Positions 1-9,490 of a stretch of DNA of 60,657 nt are shown in pieces (position 1 is the stretch's first letter; each line of letters starts with the position of its first letter). The DNA lies in contig JAZNUV010000032.1 in NCBI GenBank assembly GCA_045592445.1, positions 1 to 60,657 of the forward strand, in the 5' to 3' direction. The notes under the pieces were generated by a model. That model was not told the origin of the DNA, ran no database searches, and was given only the letters and a program-made list of their open reading frames with translations. This DNA comes from Clostridia bacterium (GTDB lineage: Bacteria; Bacillota; Clostridia; UMGS1883; UMGS1540). The translations under genes and the position numbers were made by a program.

Positions 1-1254
1 AAAGGTCTTGACAGTGAACTGACGATGGAAGCGATCGACCGCGCTTGTGAACTGATAGAAATGCTTGGCGCAGGTACGGTGGTCGGCGGTGCCGTTGACA
101 TATATCCCGCTCTGCCCGAAAAACGTGTTTTCACGCTTTCACCTCAGAAAATCAATGCGTTTTTGGGTACGGATATTGCCGCAGGACGTATGGTGGATAT
201 TTTAACTGCCATTGGATTTCGGGTGGAAGGGGACAAGGTAGAAGCACCCTCCTTCCGTGCAGATATAGAAGAATTTGCTGATATTGCAGAGGAAATTGCC
301 CGCTTTTACGGGTATACGGAAATTCCGTCTACACCGCTGCACGGCGTTTCGGGCATCGGCGGGCGCAATCGCGCACAGGCGATGGAAGAAAAAATTGCGG
401 ATTTGCTTGCATCACTTGGCTACTATGAAGTGATGACCTCATCCTTTACAAAGCGGGATGCCGCTTCCATGCTCGGACAAACCGACGCGGGCGTGATTGC
501 AATCCGAAATCCCTTAGGGGAAGAAAATGCTGTTATGCGGCATACGCTTTTGCATACCAATTTAGAGGTATTGGCGCACAACTTTAACCAACGCACACGC
601 GCGGCACATACTTTTGAAATCGGTAAAATTTATAAGGATTTAGACGAAAAAACGCTGGCGAAGGAGCCGAAAATGCTCTTTATCGGCGGCTATGATACAG
701 ACTTTTTCAGCTTAAAGGGCACGATTGAGGAACTTTTGGACGCAGTCGGCGCGCAGGATGTACGGTTTAAGGCGGCGCCGCCTTCTAAAACATTCCATCC
801 GGGCAAATCAGCAATTCTTCTCCTCGACGGGGAGGAAGCAGGCATATTCGGTGAAATTCATCCGGAGGTAGCAGTTCGCTATGGGCTTGAGACCGAGGTG
901 TACGCGGCGGAGCTTTCCTTTGAAAAGATTTTGGGGTCCGCCACCGAAGTGAGACAGTATAAGTCTTTGGCACGGTTCCCCGCTGTCAGTCGCGACCTTG
1001 CCATTTTAATTGATGATACAGTAGCGGCAGCAGATGTTTTCGAGGTTATAAAGAAGTATGCGGGCGGTAAAGCGGAAGAAATTAAGCTTTTTGACGTATA
1101 TCGCGGAAAACAGGTGCCCGAAGGAAAAAAGAGTATGGCATACAGCATCACATTCCGTGCACAGGATAAGACCTTAAGCGATGCGGATGTAAGCCGTATT
1201 ACGGATAAAATTTTGCGTATGTTGGAAAAGGAATTTGGTGCAGTACAAAGATAA
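1..1254 (+). CDS. pheT: Phenylalanine--tRNA ligase beta subunit, C-terminal part (5' end lies upstream of the window)
   Basis: Frame 1 is open from base 1 (KGLDSELT precedes the listed Met at 25). The translation shows the PheT core and a C-terminal anticodon-binding-type domain (FPAVSRDLAILIDD ... GKKSMAYSITFRAQDKTLSDADV). Stop TAA at 1252-1254. Confidence 0.9.
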   Translation, partial: KGLDSELTMEAIDRACELIEMLGAGTVVGGAVDIYPALPEKRVFTLSPQKINAFLGTDIAAGRMVDILTAIGFRVEGDKVEAPSFRADIEEFADIAEEIARFYGYTEIPSTPLHGVSGIGGRNRAQAMEEKIADLLASLGYYEVMTSSFTKRDAASMLGQTDAGVIAIRNPLGEENAVMRHTLLHTNLEVLAHNFNQRTRAAHTFEIGKIYKDLDEKTLAKEPKMLFIGGYDTDFFSLKGTIEELLDAVGAQDVRFKAAPPSKTFHPGKSAILLLDGEEAGIFGEIHPEVAVRYGLETEVYAAELSFEKILGSATEVRQYKSLARFPAVSRDLAILIDDTVAAADVFEVIKKYAGGKAEEIKLFDVYRGKQVPEGKKSMAYSITFRAQDKTLSDADVSRITDKILRMLEKEFGAVQR

Positions 1255-1282
1255 TATTGCTTTGCATGAAAGAAGGAAACGT

Positions 1283-1831
1283 ATGGAATATACAATGGAA
1301 ATTGCGGGACTTACAAGGCATTTGCCGCTTTGCCCCATTGGTGAGGATCTGTATATTGGTGCATTTATTCTGTTCGGGGACACACCCCTTACAGAGGCCG
1401 CAGCGGCCGCCCTTCTCAAAAAAGCACCGCCGTTTGACGTTTTAATTACAGCGGAGTCAAAAGGCATACCGCTTGCATATGAGATGGCGCGGCAAAGTGG
1501 CAAACCGTATGTGGTGGCAAGGAAAGGCGCAAAGCTTTATATGCGGGATATTTTGTCGGTTGATGTCAGGTCCATTACCACGGAAAAACTGCAGACTTTA
1601 TACATTGGCGGTGACGAGGCAGATCGAATGCGCGGCAAACGCGTCCTTTTGGTGGATGACGTGATCAGCACGGGTGCGTCGCTTTCTGCATTGGAAACAC
1701 TTGTCGAACGTGTGGAGGGTACTATCATTGGCAGAATGGCCGTGCTCGCGGAGGGAGACGCCGCAAAAAGAAACGATATTCTGTATTTGGAGGAGTTGCC
1801 GCTTTTTCGAAAGGACGGCACAAAGCTATAA
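1283..1831 (+). CDS. Type I phosphoribosyltransferase family protein (adenine/purine PRTase-like)
   Basis: PRPP-binding loop VLLVDDVISTGASL. Start moved from GTG 1235 to ATG 1283, which follows AGAAGGAAA. The stop TAA shares one base with the next ATG (TAATG at 1829-1833). Confidence 0.75.
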   Translation: MEYTMEIAGLTRHLPLCPIGEDLYIGAFILFGDTPLTEAAAAALLKKAPPFDVLITAESKGIPLAYEMARQSGKPYVVARKGAKLYMRDILSVDVRSITTEKLQTLYIGGDEADRMRGKRVLLVDDVISTGASLSALETLVERVEGTIIGRMAVLAEGDAAKRNDILYLEELPLFRKDGTKL

Positions 1832-3285
1832 TGTCGAAAAAAAACCAACAAGGCGAGAAAATGGAGAGAGTGCTCGAAGCACTCCTCCACCGCATTCTGT
1901 ATCGCGTAGAGCTTCCGAAAAAAGACGTGCGTGGTATGCGTGCGGACTTTCTGCGCCTTTTTTCTTTTTATCAGGCAGAGGGACTTTCGCCCAAGGCGAT
2001 ACGTCTTCGCGTTGGCGAAGATATATTGGGTGACTTTTATCGGTCGCCGCGTCCCGATGACTGGTACCCCTTAGACAGTGCAGCTAAGGTATATCCGCTT
2101 TCACTTACCCATACGCGGATGACGATGTTTCGCGTTTCAGCATATTTAAAAAACCCCGTACAGCCTGCTGTTTTACAGGTGGCACTTTTATCCTGTATCA
2201 AACGTTTTCCGATGTTTGCAGTCAGCCTAAGGCGCGGTGTTTTTTGGCATTATTTAGATGGCATTCGCCGTCGCTTTTGTGTGGAAGAGGAGAGTGAAGC
2301 GCCCTGCACATATATGTCGATGCGTACGAAAAATGCACCCTGCTTTAAAGTGCGCTACTATAAAAACAGAATTTCAGCAGAGTTTTTTCATGCACTTACG
2401 GATGGAAGCGGTGCAATGGTTTTCTTAAAGACCCTGCTTTCGGAATATTTGCGTCTTTTGGGTATCGAGGTCGAAAAGGACGAATCCATCCTGGATGTTT
2501 CCGCATCACCCTTGGCGGAGGAGGCGGAAAACGCTTTTTTAAATACTGCGAAAGATGCTAAGGCGTGCGGATTTATGCAGCATCAGGCATTGCAAATCGG
2601 GCAGAAAAAACGAAAGTGCCGCACGGCACGTATTATGCAGTTTCAGATGCCGGCGGACAAACTATTGGAGGCGGCGCATAATCAAGATGCGACTGTAACT
2701 GCCTTTTTATCTGCCGCAATCCTTCGTGCCGCACGGGAGAGTATACCGTATGCGGCGGCGGGGGACCGCTTGCAAGTGCAAGTGCCCGTCAATATGCGGC
2801 AGGTATATCCGACAAAATCACTTCGAAATTTTTCACTATATGCGGTTTTGAGTGTAGAATATCAAGAAGAAAATCCGTTGCCGCTTGTCAAAGAACAACT
2901 TGCAGCTTCTACGGAAAAAGCGTATTTAGACGGCATGCTCCACAGTACGCGGAATATGACAGAAAATCCAGTAGTACGCTATATGCCGCTGGGTCTAAAA
3001 GGTGCGGCACTTCGGAAAATTTACGGTTTTTTAGGGGAAAAGGTTTTAACTTCAACCCTTTCCAATATTGGTGTCGTGAAAAACGAGTTCGGTGGGAAGG
3101 TGGAACGGTTTGATGCCATGATCGGCTCGGCATACCCCACCAATACGAAATGTGCACTCATTTCATATCAAAATTGTGCGATACTTAGTATTTCCTCGCG
3201 AATTCGGGATAATATGTTTGAGGAAAGACTCTACCATATTTTGCGGAAGGCGGGCATTCCGATAGAAGTGGAGGGGACAGTATGA
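1831..3285 (+). CDS. Condensation / alcohol-acetyltransferase-like acyltransferase (HxxxDG family), function unknown
   Basis: 484-aa ORF with the acyltransferase catalytic motif FHALTDGSG (HxxxDG), as found in NRPS C-domain, WS/DGAT and AATase-type enzymes. The start overlaps the upstream stop. An alternative ATG lies at 1861. Confidence 0.6.
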   Translation: MSKKNQQGEKMERVLEALLHRILYRVELPKKDVRGMRADFLRLFSFYQAEGLSPKAIRLRVGEDILGDFYRSPRPDDWYPLDSAAKVYPLSLTHTRMTMFRVSAYLKNPVQPAVLQVALLSCIKRFPMFAVSLRRGVFWHYLDGIRRRFCVEEESEAPCTYMSMRTKNAPCFKVRYYKNRISAEFFHALTDGSGAMVFLKTLLSEYLRLLGIEVEKDESILDVSASPLAEEAENAFLNTAKDAKACGFMQHQALQIGQKKRKCRTARIMQFQMPADKLLEAAHNQDATVTAFLSAAILRAARESIPYAAAGDRLQVQVPVNMRQVYPTKSLRNFSLYAVLSVEYQEENPLPLVKEQLAASTEKAYLDGMLHSTRNMTENPVVRYMPLGLKGAALRKIYGFLGEKVLTSTLSNIGVVKNEFGGKVERFDAMIGSAYPTNTKCALISYQNCAILSISSRIRDNMFEERLYHILRKAGIPIEVEGTV

Positions 3286-3944
3286 GGATTTGTGATGCGT
3301 GCGGCGCGCGCTTCGGAGAAGGTTTTTCATTTTGCCCGATATGTAAAATGGAGACGGCGGAGCCTGCAAATCGAGATGCAGCACTTTATCCGCCATGCCG
3401 CAATAAGGCACGCGCAGCGTCTGTTTTACGTCTTATCGGCATCTGCGTTTTATGGGGCGGTATTTTGGCAAGTGTAGTCGTCAATCTTGCGGTAGGCGGC
3501 GCCCCGTGGTGCTTATATGTTTTGTCTGGCACTTTTACACTCTACGTGTTGGCGTTCGGCGATCATTTTATGGAAAATAGTGTCGTAGAGCGCATCGCTT
3601 CAGGCGGCTTGGCAATATCACTTCTTCTTTTTGTGATAGAACGGCTGACGGACAGTGGCCGCTGGGCAACGCATATTGCGGTGCCAATGGTTCTTTTTGC
3701 CGCACTTTTGGCGGCGGCACTTATTTATCTGATTCGTTTTGATACACAAAGAAACACCTTTTTGTCTCCGCTTGCCATTATCTTAGGCTCTTTGTGTGCG
3801 GCCGGGTTTTCACTTTTTGGCGGCAATCCACTACATTGGCCACTGATTGTGCTTTCAGGGGTATCACTTCTTGTTATGGTGGTGACGGGGATACTCTACC
3901 GAAAGCCCTTTATGACTGAATTGAGAAAAAAATTGCATCGGTAG
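3282..3944 (+). CDS. Zinc-ribbon membrane protein (N-terminal CxxC...CxxC, about 5-6 TM helices), function unknown
   Basis: MRICDACGARFGEGFSFCPICK is followed by several hydrophobic segments. ATGA start/stop overlap with the upstream gene, and GGAGGGGA lies 5-6 nt upstream. Confidence 0.6.
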   Translation: MRICDACGARFGEGFSFCPICKMETAEPANRDAALYPPCRNKARAASVLRLIGICVLWGGILASVVVNLAVGGAPWCLYVLSGTFTLYVLAFGDHFMENSVVERIASGGLAISLLLFVIERLTDSGRWATHIAVPMVLFAALLAAALIYLIRFDTQRNTFLSPLAIILGSLCAAGFSLFGGNPLHWPLIVLSGVSLLVMVVTGILYRKPFMTELRKKLHR

Positions 3945-3976
3945 GATGCAGGTATAAAAAGAAAGGATGCGTAAAG

Positions 3977-5293
3977 ATGCAGGGAACAGTAAAAATAGTA
4001 AATGTGAATGCAAACGCAAACGCCATTTTATCTGCCGCCGGGCGGATTTCGACAACCAAGGGAACGGCAGATGAAATCTACGAAAAATCGTGCGGGAATG
4101 CTGATGAAACCAATATCAGGCTGATTGAAAAGGTGTTGGCGTCAGGACATTTGTCGGTGCTTGAGCATGTGTACTTCAATCTTTCGTTTGACAACGTTTC
4201 GGTCGCGGTTGAACAGTTTATGATTGAGTTTCGTCTGGCGTCCTTTACGGTAAAATCCCGTCGCTATGTGGATTTTACCGATATGGGGTATTATGTGCCT
4301 GACTTTGGAAATAATGCAGCACTCAAAGAGGCATACCACACGCATATGCGCTATCTTTTCGATACCTATGCGTATTTTCTTGAAAAAGGTGTGCCGAAGG
4401 AAGATGCGCGGTTTATCCTGCCGTATGCCTTTTGCAGTAATTTTTACTGCTCGATGAATGCGCGGGAGCTTGTGCATGTACTGCGGGAGATGGTTGCAGG
4501 GCGCGGCACGACACAGCCCGAAATCTACGCGCTCGGCACAATGCTTTTAAAAGCGTGCAAAGAGATGTTTCCGTACTTCCCCGTCGAGGTGGGACAGCTG
4601 CAGGAAAATACAGTTTTTTCTCAGGAAAAGCAAGTGCCCGAGGCAGAACTTGTTTCAATTTTGAGCGGAACAGAAAATCCCGAACTTATTTTAAAAGAGG
4701 CATACAAATTGCAAAATGGTGCGGAAAGCGGTATGCCCGATATGAAGATGCTTTTGGGAAGGGCAAGAATGCGTGAACTGGAGCAGCTGCACTACACGAT
4801 TTCATTTAATAAAATTTCGCTCGCAAGCCTTACGCATTTGGCGCGGCACCGTATGCAATCGCTTCTTGTACCTGACTTTCGGCGCGTTTGCGATTTTTCA
4901 GCTTTTGTTGTACCAAAGAGCATTATAAAGGCAGGAGAAGAGGCGCGCTATCGCGAGGTCTTTCAAAAGAGCAAGGCAGCGGCAAAGGCGCTTTTGGCGC
5001 TCGGCCTTTCAGATTGCGACCGTATGTATCTTTTCCTAAGCGGTCTTACCATTCGTGTGATGACAACAATGAATGCGCATGAACTCTTCATATTCTTCCG
5101 CCTTAGGACCTGCAATCGTGCACAATGGGAAATTAAAAATTGCGCGGACGCGCTACTCGGCCTTCTGCGCGCCAAATACCCTGACGTATTTTGCGCAATG
5201 GGACCTTCCTGCTATGCACAGGGGAAATGCCCCGAAGGGAAGATGAGCTGCAAAGAGATGCAAAAGATGTGCGAGATTTACGGAAAACAGTGA
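3977..5293 (+). CDS. thyX: FAD-dependent thymidylate synthase-like protein, tandem (two Thy1-like halves) with Cys-rich tail
   Basis: The N half has SGHLSVLEH ... EFRLASFTVKSRRYV. The C half has LTHLARHRMQS (the RHRxxS ThyX signature) and FFRLRTCNRAQWEIK. At 438 aa it is about twice the usual ThyX length. Confidence 0.7.
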   Translation: MQGTVKIVNVNANANAILSAAGRISTTKGTADEIYEKSCGNADETNIRLIEKVLASGHLSVLEHVYFNLSFDNVSVAVEQFMIEFRLASFTVKSRRYVDFTDMGYYVPDFGNNAALKEAYHTHMRYLFDTYAYFLEKGVPKEDARFILPYAFCSNFYCSMNARELVHVLREMVAGRGTTQPEIYALGTMLLKACKEMFPYFPVEVGQLQENTVFSQEKQVPEAELVSILSGTENPELILKEAYKLQNGAESGMPDMKMLLGRARMRELEQLHYTISFNKISLASLTHLARHRMQSLLVPDFRRVCDFSAFVVPKSIIKAGEEARYREVFQKSKAAAKALLALGLSDCDRMYLFLSGLTIRVMTTMNAHELFIFFRLRTCNRAQWEIKNCADALLGLLRAKYPDVFCAMGPSCYAQGKCPEGKMSCKEMQKMCEIYGKQ

Positions 5294-5449
5294 TGTGATT
5301 TAAAAGACATTTTAAAAGTGATTTGTGATTCGATTTATAGGATAAAAATGCAATATAGTTATATTTTTGCGTGTAATAATACAAGTATACCGTAAGGAAC
5401 AATGTTATAATTGTAGTAGGAAACGAAATGTAAAAGGAGGAGAAAGTAC

Positions 5450-7261
5450 ATGGCAAAAAATCATATGTGTGATTCATATCCCGTAATCGGCATACGCCCG
5501 ATTATCGACGGACGGCGCGGTGCCTTAAAGCTTCGCGAAAGCCTTGAGGACCAAACAATGGGTATGGCAATGGCGGCAAAAAAACTTTTTGAGGAGAATT
5601 TGCGCTATTCAAACGGCGAACCTGTAAAGGTTATTATCGCGGATACGACAATCGGCCGCGTGACAGAATCTGCCGCATGTGCGAATAAATTTAAAAAAGA
5701 AGGCGTAGACATTACGCTTAGCGTAACGCCCTGCTGGTGCTACGGCTCGGAAACGATGGATATGGACCCAATGACCATCAAAGGTGTATGGGGCTTTAAT
5801 GGTACGGAACGCCCGGGCGCTGTATATCTTGCAGCGGTGCTTGCCACTCATGCACAAAAAGGATTGCCCGCATTTGGCATTTATGGGCATGAGGTGCAGG
5901 ACAGAGACGATGTTACGAAAATCCCTGAGGACGTAAAAGAAAAGCTTTTGCGTTTCGGTCGTACAGCGATTGCCGCTGCCAGTATGCGCGGTAAGTCGTA
6001 CCTGCAAATCGGTTCGGTTTGCATGGGTATCGGTGGTTCAATTATGGACCAGGCATTTATGGAAGAATACCTCGGTATGCGCGTTGAATCCGTGGATGAA
6101 GTAGAAATTCTGCGCCGTATGGAAGAGGGCATCTATAACAAGGAAGAATATGAAAAAGCCCTTGCCTGGACGAAGGAACATTGCAAAGAAGGGCGGGACG
6201 ATAATCCCGATTTTGTAAAATTCACACCCGAGCAGAAAGAAAAACAATGGGAATTTACCATAAAAATGTACTGCATTATCAAAGACCTTATCCAGGGTAA
6301 TCCGAACTTACCTGAGGGCTGTGAGGAAGAAATGTGCGGGCATAATGCAATTTGCGCAGGATTCCAGGGGCAACGTCAATGGACGGATCATTGGCCGAAC
6401 TGTGATTATCCCGAAGCTATTTTAAACTCCACCTTTGATTTTGAGGGCAAAAAAGAACCGATTGCTTTTGCAACGGAAAATGATGTTTTGAATGGTATTG
6501 GCCTTCTTTTTGGAAAACTTCTTACGAACCGCGCACAGATTTTTGCTGATGTGCGTACCTTCTGGTCCCCCGAAGCCACAAAACGCGTTACGGGCTATGA
6601 TTTTGAAGGCCGCGCAAAGGAAAACGGCGGTATTATTCACCTTCTCAATTCCGGTGCGGCATGTCTGGATGCGTGCGGCGAGTGCCGTGACGAAAACGGC
6701 AATGCAGTTATGAAGGAATGGTGGGACGTAACGGAAGAGGATATCAAGAAAATGACGGATGCGACCGTATGGTGCGAAGCCGGATATGATAACTTCCGCG
6801 GCGGCGGTTTCTCTTCTCACTTTACAACAAGAGCTGAAATGCCCGCTACGATGATGCGTTTAAATCTTGTCAAAGGCTTAGGCCCTGTTGTGCAGATTGC
6901 AGAAGGCTGGACAGTGAATTTGCCTGATGAGGTATCCGATACACTCATGGAACGCACAAATCCCACATGGCCCTGCACATGGTTCACACCGCGTTGTGAC
7001 GGCAAGGAAGGAAGCCCCTTCAAATCTGCTTATGATGTTATGAATAACTGGGGCGCAAATCACGGCGTAATTTCCTACGGTCATATCGGTGCTGATTTGA
7101 TTACGCTTTGTTCGATACTCAGAATCCCCGTATGCATGCATAATGTGTCAGAGGATAAAATATTCAGACCTGCAAGCTGGAACGCTTTCGGTATGGATAA
7201 AGAGGGACAAGATTACAGAGCGTGCCAGGCATATGGCCCCATGTACAAAAATATTCGGTAG
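5450..7261 (+). CDS. fucI: L-fucose isomerase
   Basis: 603 aa. The N terminus [28 protein letters not shown] and the overall length are typical of FucI. Strong RBS AAAGGAGGAG about 8 nt upstream. Confidence 0.88.
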   Translation: MAKNHMCDSYPVIGIRPIIDGRRGALKLRESLEDQTMGMAMAAKKLFEENLRYSNGEPVKVIIADTTIGRVTESAACANKFKKEGVDITLSVTPCWCYGSETMDMDPMTIKGVWGFNGTERPGAVYLAAVLATHAQKGLPAFGIYGHEVQDRDDVTKIPEDVKEKLLRFGRTAIAAASMRGKSYLQIGSVCMGIGGSIMDQAFMEEYLGMRVESVDEVEILRRMEEGIYNKEEYEKALAWTKEHCKEGRDDNPDFVKFTPEQKEKQWEFTIKMYCIIKDLIQGNPNLPEGCEEEMCGHNAICAGFQGQRQWTDHWPNCDYPEAILNSTFDFEGKKEPIAFATENDVLNGIGLLFGKLLTNRAQIFADVRTFWSPEATKRVTGYDFEGRAKENGGIIHLLNSGAACLDACGECRDENGNAVMKEWWDVTEEDIKKMTDATVWCEAGYDNFRGGGFSSHFTTRAEMPATMMRLNLVKGLGPVVQIAEGWTVNLPDEVSDTLMERTNPTWPCTWFTPRCDGKEGSPFKSAYDVMNNWGANHGVISYGHIGADLITLCSILRIPVCMHNVSEDKIFRPASWNAFGMDKEGQDYRACQAYGPMYKNIR

Positions 7262-7321
7262 TCTCCAGCTTGGACTGAAAAAGCAAATTTGCTTTTGATA
7301 ATTTTAAAAATATCTTTTCTG

Positions 7322-7370
7322 AAAAAAGACACCCGAGACAGTACACATGTACTGATTCGGGTGTTTTTTC
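7322..7370 (+). terminator. Rho-independent terminator after fucI
   Basis: GACACCCGA (7328-7336) pairs with TCGGGTGT (7357-7364) and is followed by TTTTT. Confidence 0.75.
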
Positions 7371-7538
7371 GTTTATATTGTAGGGGGCTGTTTCAGTCAC
7401 CTTAGCTGTCTGTCCTTTTCGAATTGCGATCAGTCGGGTTCATTTTAGATTGGACGTTTTAAAAAAGGAGTCATGTTCCAAGGGAAAAGGATTACAATTT
7501 ATTTTAATTTACAAAATGGTAAAAAAGCTTGCAATTTA

Positions 7539-8318
7539 TTAAGAACCAAGGCGAAATGTGACAAAAATACGTCCTTTTCGGCTCTGCCCGCCAATGCGCT
7601 CAAGGTAGACACGGCCATGGCGATGCCACTTGATTTTATCGCCTTCACTTATGGAAAAGCTGGATTTGGAAACAATAAGGTCGTTTACATAAATTGCGCC
7701 GCTTTCTACTGCCGCTGTTGCCGCGGAACGGGGAACGCCGAAGGCGGCGCTTACGGCGGCATCAATACGAAGAGAGGAAAGTGTAACGGTTTTTTCTACT
7801 GTATCAGTCACGGGAACTGTAAGAGCAGAAATCGGCAATTCTGTAACGGAAAGACGCGTGCGGCCTGCGCTCGTAAGATTTGTGAGGATGAAATCGGCAA
7901 GCTCCGCACTGACAAGAAGCTGCGCGCTGTCCTTCGTGACAAGAATATCGCCGATGCCGTCACGCGAAAGACCAAGCCCCAAAACAGAACCAAGATAGTC
8001 GCGGTGTGTGGGAGGTTGGGGTGCAGAATGTGCAGCACAAAGGAGAGATATGGAATTCTCAGGCGGGCTATCCATATAGGAAGGCAAGAAAAACAACATT
8101 TTCCGTTCTGCATCTTCAAAGCCGCCCCATAAAACGGGCGGAACAGAAAAGGATTTTGCTGCCGTGCGTATGAGAGACTGCTGGCGCAAATCCAGAAAAT
8201 GAATGCTGGTCGGAATATCCCTTGCGATACAGAGCGCTTCCTTATCTAAAACATGTGCAAGTAAAAGCTTATCCTCTTCTGAGGCGGCAAATTGTTCAAT
8301 AAATTCTCTCTTTTTCAT
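7539..8318 (-). CDS. ylmH: YlmH-like S4-domain RNA-binding protein
   Basis: 259 aa. The N terminus (FAASEEDKLLLAHVLDK) and a C-terminal S4-like segment (LRIDAAVSAAFGVPRSAATAAVESGAIYVN) match the YlmH family. Confidence 0.8.
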   Translation of the reverse strand: MKKREFIEQFAASEEDKLLLAHVLDKEALCIARDIPTSIHFLDLRQQSLIRTAAKSFSVPPVLWGGFEDAERKMLFFLPSYMDSPPENSISLLCAAHSAPQPPTHRDYLGSVLGLGLSRDGIGDILVTKDSAQLLVSAELADFILTNLTSAGRTRLSVTELPISALTVPVTDTVEKTVTLSSLRIDAAVSAAFGVPRSAATAAVESGAIYVNDLIVSKSSFSISEGDKIKWHRHGRVYLERIGGQSRKGRIFVTFRLGS

Positions 8319-8432
8319 AACTGCCTTCCAATCTTTGTTTTACGGGTTATACGAAGTATACCATATTTTACATATGATTTCAATGGGAAAAAATATAGGG
8401 GAAAATATTATTTGTAAATTTTTAAAATACGT

Positions 8433-8461
8433 TTGCTTTTATGTGTGTTTTATATTATAAT
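8433..8461 (+). promoter_or_regulatory. Sigma-A-type promoter candidate for the dut-maf-mreCD-PBP2 operon
   Basis: TTGCTT (8433-8438), 17-nt spacer, TATAAT (8456-8461). Confidence 0.4.
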
Positions 8462-8497
8462 GATAGATGAATATAGAAAAAAAGGAAATAAAACACA

Positions 8498-8929
8498 ATG
8501 GAAATGGAAATAAAATTATTGCGGCAGAGCGCCGTGCCAAGCTATAAAACAGATGGCGCAGCAGGGATTGACCTTGCGGCGTGTATAGAGGAAAGCATGT
8601 CGCTTTCGCCGATGGAGCGCAAAATGGTACCGACGGGGGTTTGCGTGGCAATCCCGAAGGGAAATGTGGGGTTGGTGTTTGCAAGAAGCGGTCTTGCAAC
8701 GCGCTACGGGATTACGCTGACAAACTGCGTGGGTGTCATCGACAGTGATTACAGAGGTGAAATCATGTGCAGTCTTATCAATCTCGGCGGTGAAACATAT
8801 ACGATAAATCCCGGGGACAGGATTGCGCAGCTTGTGATCATGCCTGCCCCGCAGGTGGCGATTCAGGTCACGGACAAACTTTCCGAGACGGAGAGAGGAG
8901 AGGGCGGCTTTGGCTCAACCGGCAGATAA
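8498..8929 (+). CDS. dut: dUTP diphosphatase
   Basis: Trimeric dUTPase motifs AAGIDL, ARSGLA, GVIDSDYRGE and a C-terminal RGEGGFGSTG. Confidence 0.92.
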   Translation: MEMEIKLLRQSAVPSYKTDGAAGIDLAACIEESMSLSPMERKMVPTGVCVAIPKGNVGLVFARSGLATRYGITLTNCVGVIDSDYRGEIMCSLINLGGETYTINPGDRIAQLVIMPAPQVAIQVTDKLSETERGEGGFGSTGR

Positions 8930-9479
8930 GCTGATACTGGCGTCCGCATCGCCGCGGCGGCGTGAAATTTTAGAGGCGGCGGGGATTGCCTTTTCTGTGC
9001 GTCCCGTAGATATAGATGAAACGATGGAACCGTTTTTGTCACCACAAATGGCGGTGCAACTTGTAGCTGCAAAGAAGGCCGCGGCAGCTGCAAGCAAAGA
9101 GGATGGTGTTGTGATCGGTGCGGACACCATTGTTGTAAATGAAGGCAGAATTCTCGGCAAGCCCCACAGTGAGGAAGAGGCATTTTCAATGCTCAAACAG
9201 CTTTCGGGGAAAACCCATACGGTGATGACGGGGATCGCAGTCGTACACGCTCGTGACGGGCGCATGCGGACACATTGCGAGCAAACGAACCTGCGCTTTC
9301 GGACTCTTTCCAATGCGGAAATTCTGGACTATATTAAAACAGGCGAGCCGATGGATAAAGCCGGTGCGTACGGCATACAGGGGAAGGGCGGCGCTTTCGT
9401 AGAAAAGATTGAGGGCGATTTTCAAAATGTAGTCGGTCTGCCGCTTGCGGCACTTTCCCGTCTTTTAGAAGAAATGTAG
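8910..9479 (+). CDS. maf: Maf-like nucleoside triphosphate pyrophosphatase
   Basis: LILASASPRRREIL ... GADTIV ... DKAGAYGIQG. TTG start at 8910 overlaps the end of dut by 20 nt and is preceded by GAGAGAGGAGAGGG. Confidence 0.9.
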   Translation: MAQPADKLILASASPRRREILEAAGIAFSVRPVDIDETMEPFLSPQMAVQLVAAKKAAAAASKEDGVVIGADTIVVNEGRILGKPHSEEEAFSMLKQLSGKTHTVMTGIAVVHARDGRMRTHCEQTNLRFRTLSNAEILDYIKTGEPMDKAGAYGIQGKGGAFVEKIEGDFQNVVGLPLAALSRLLEEM

Positions 9480-9490
9480 AGGTGCAGGAA

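Noticed and set aside
7473-8132. 219-aa plus-strand ORF preceded by AAGGAG
   Set aside because: It overlaps almost all of ylmH on the opposite strand. The translation is Cys/Arg/Lys/Gly-rich with no recognisable fold, and the RBS-like sequence is only about 3 nt from the ATG.
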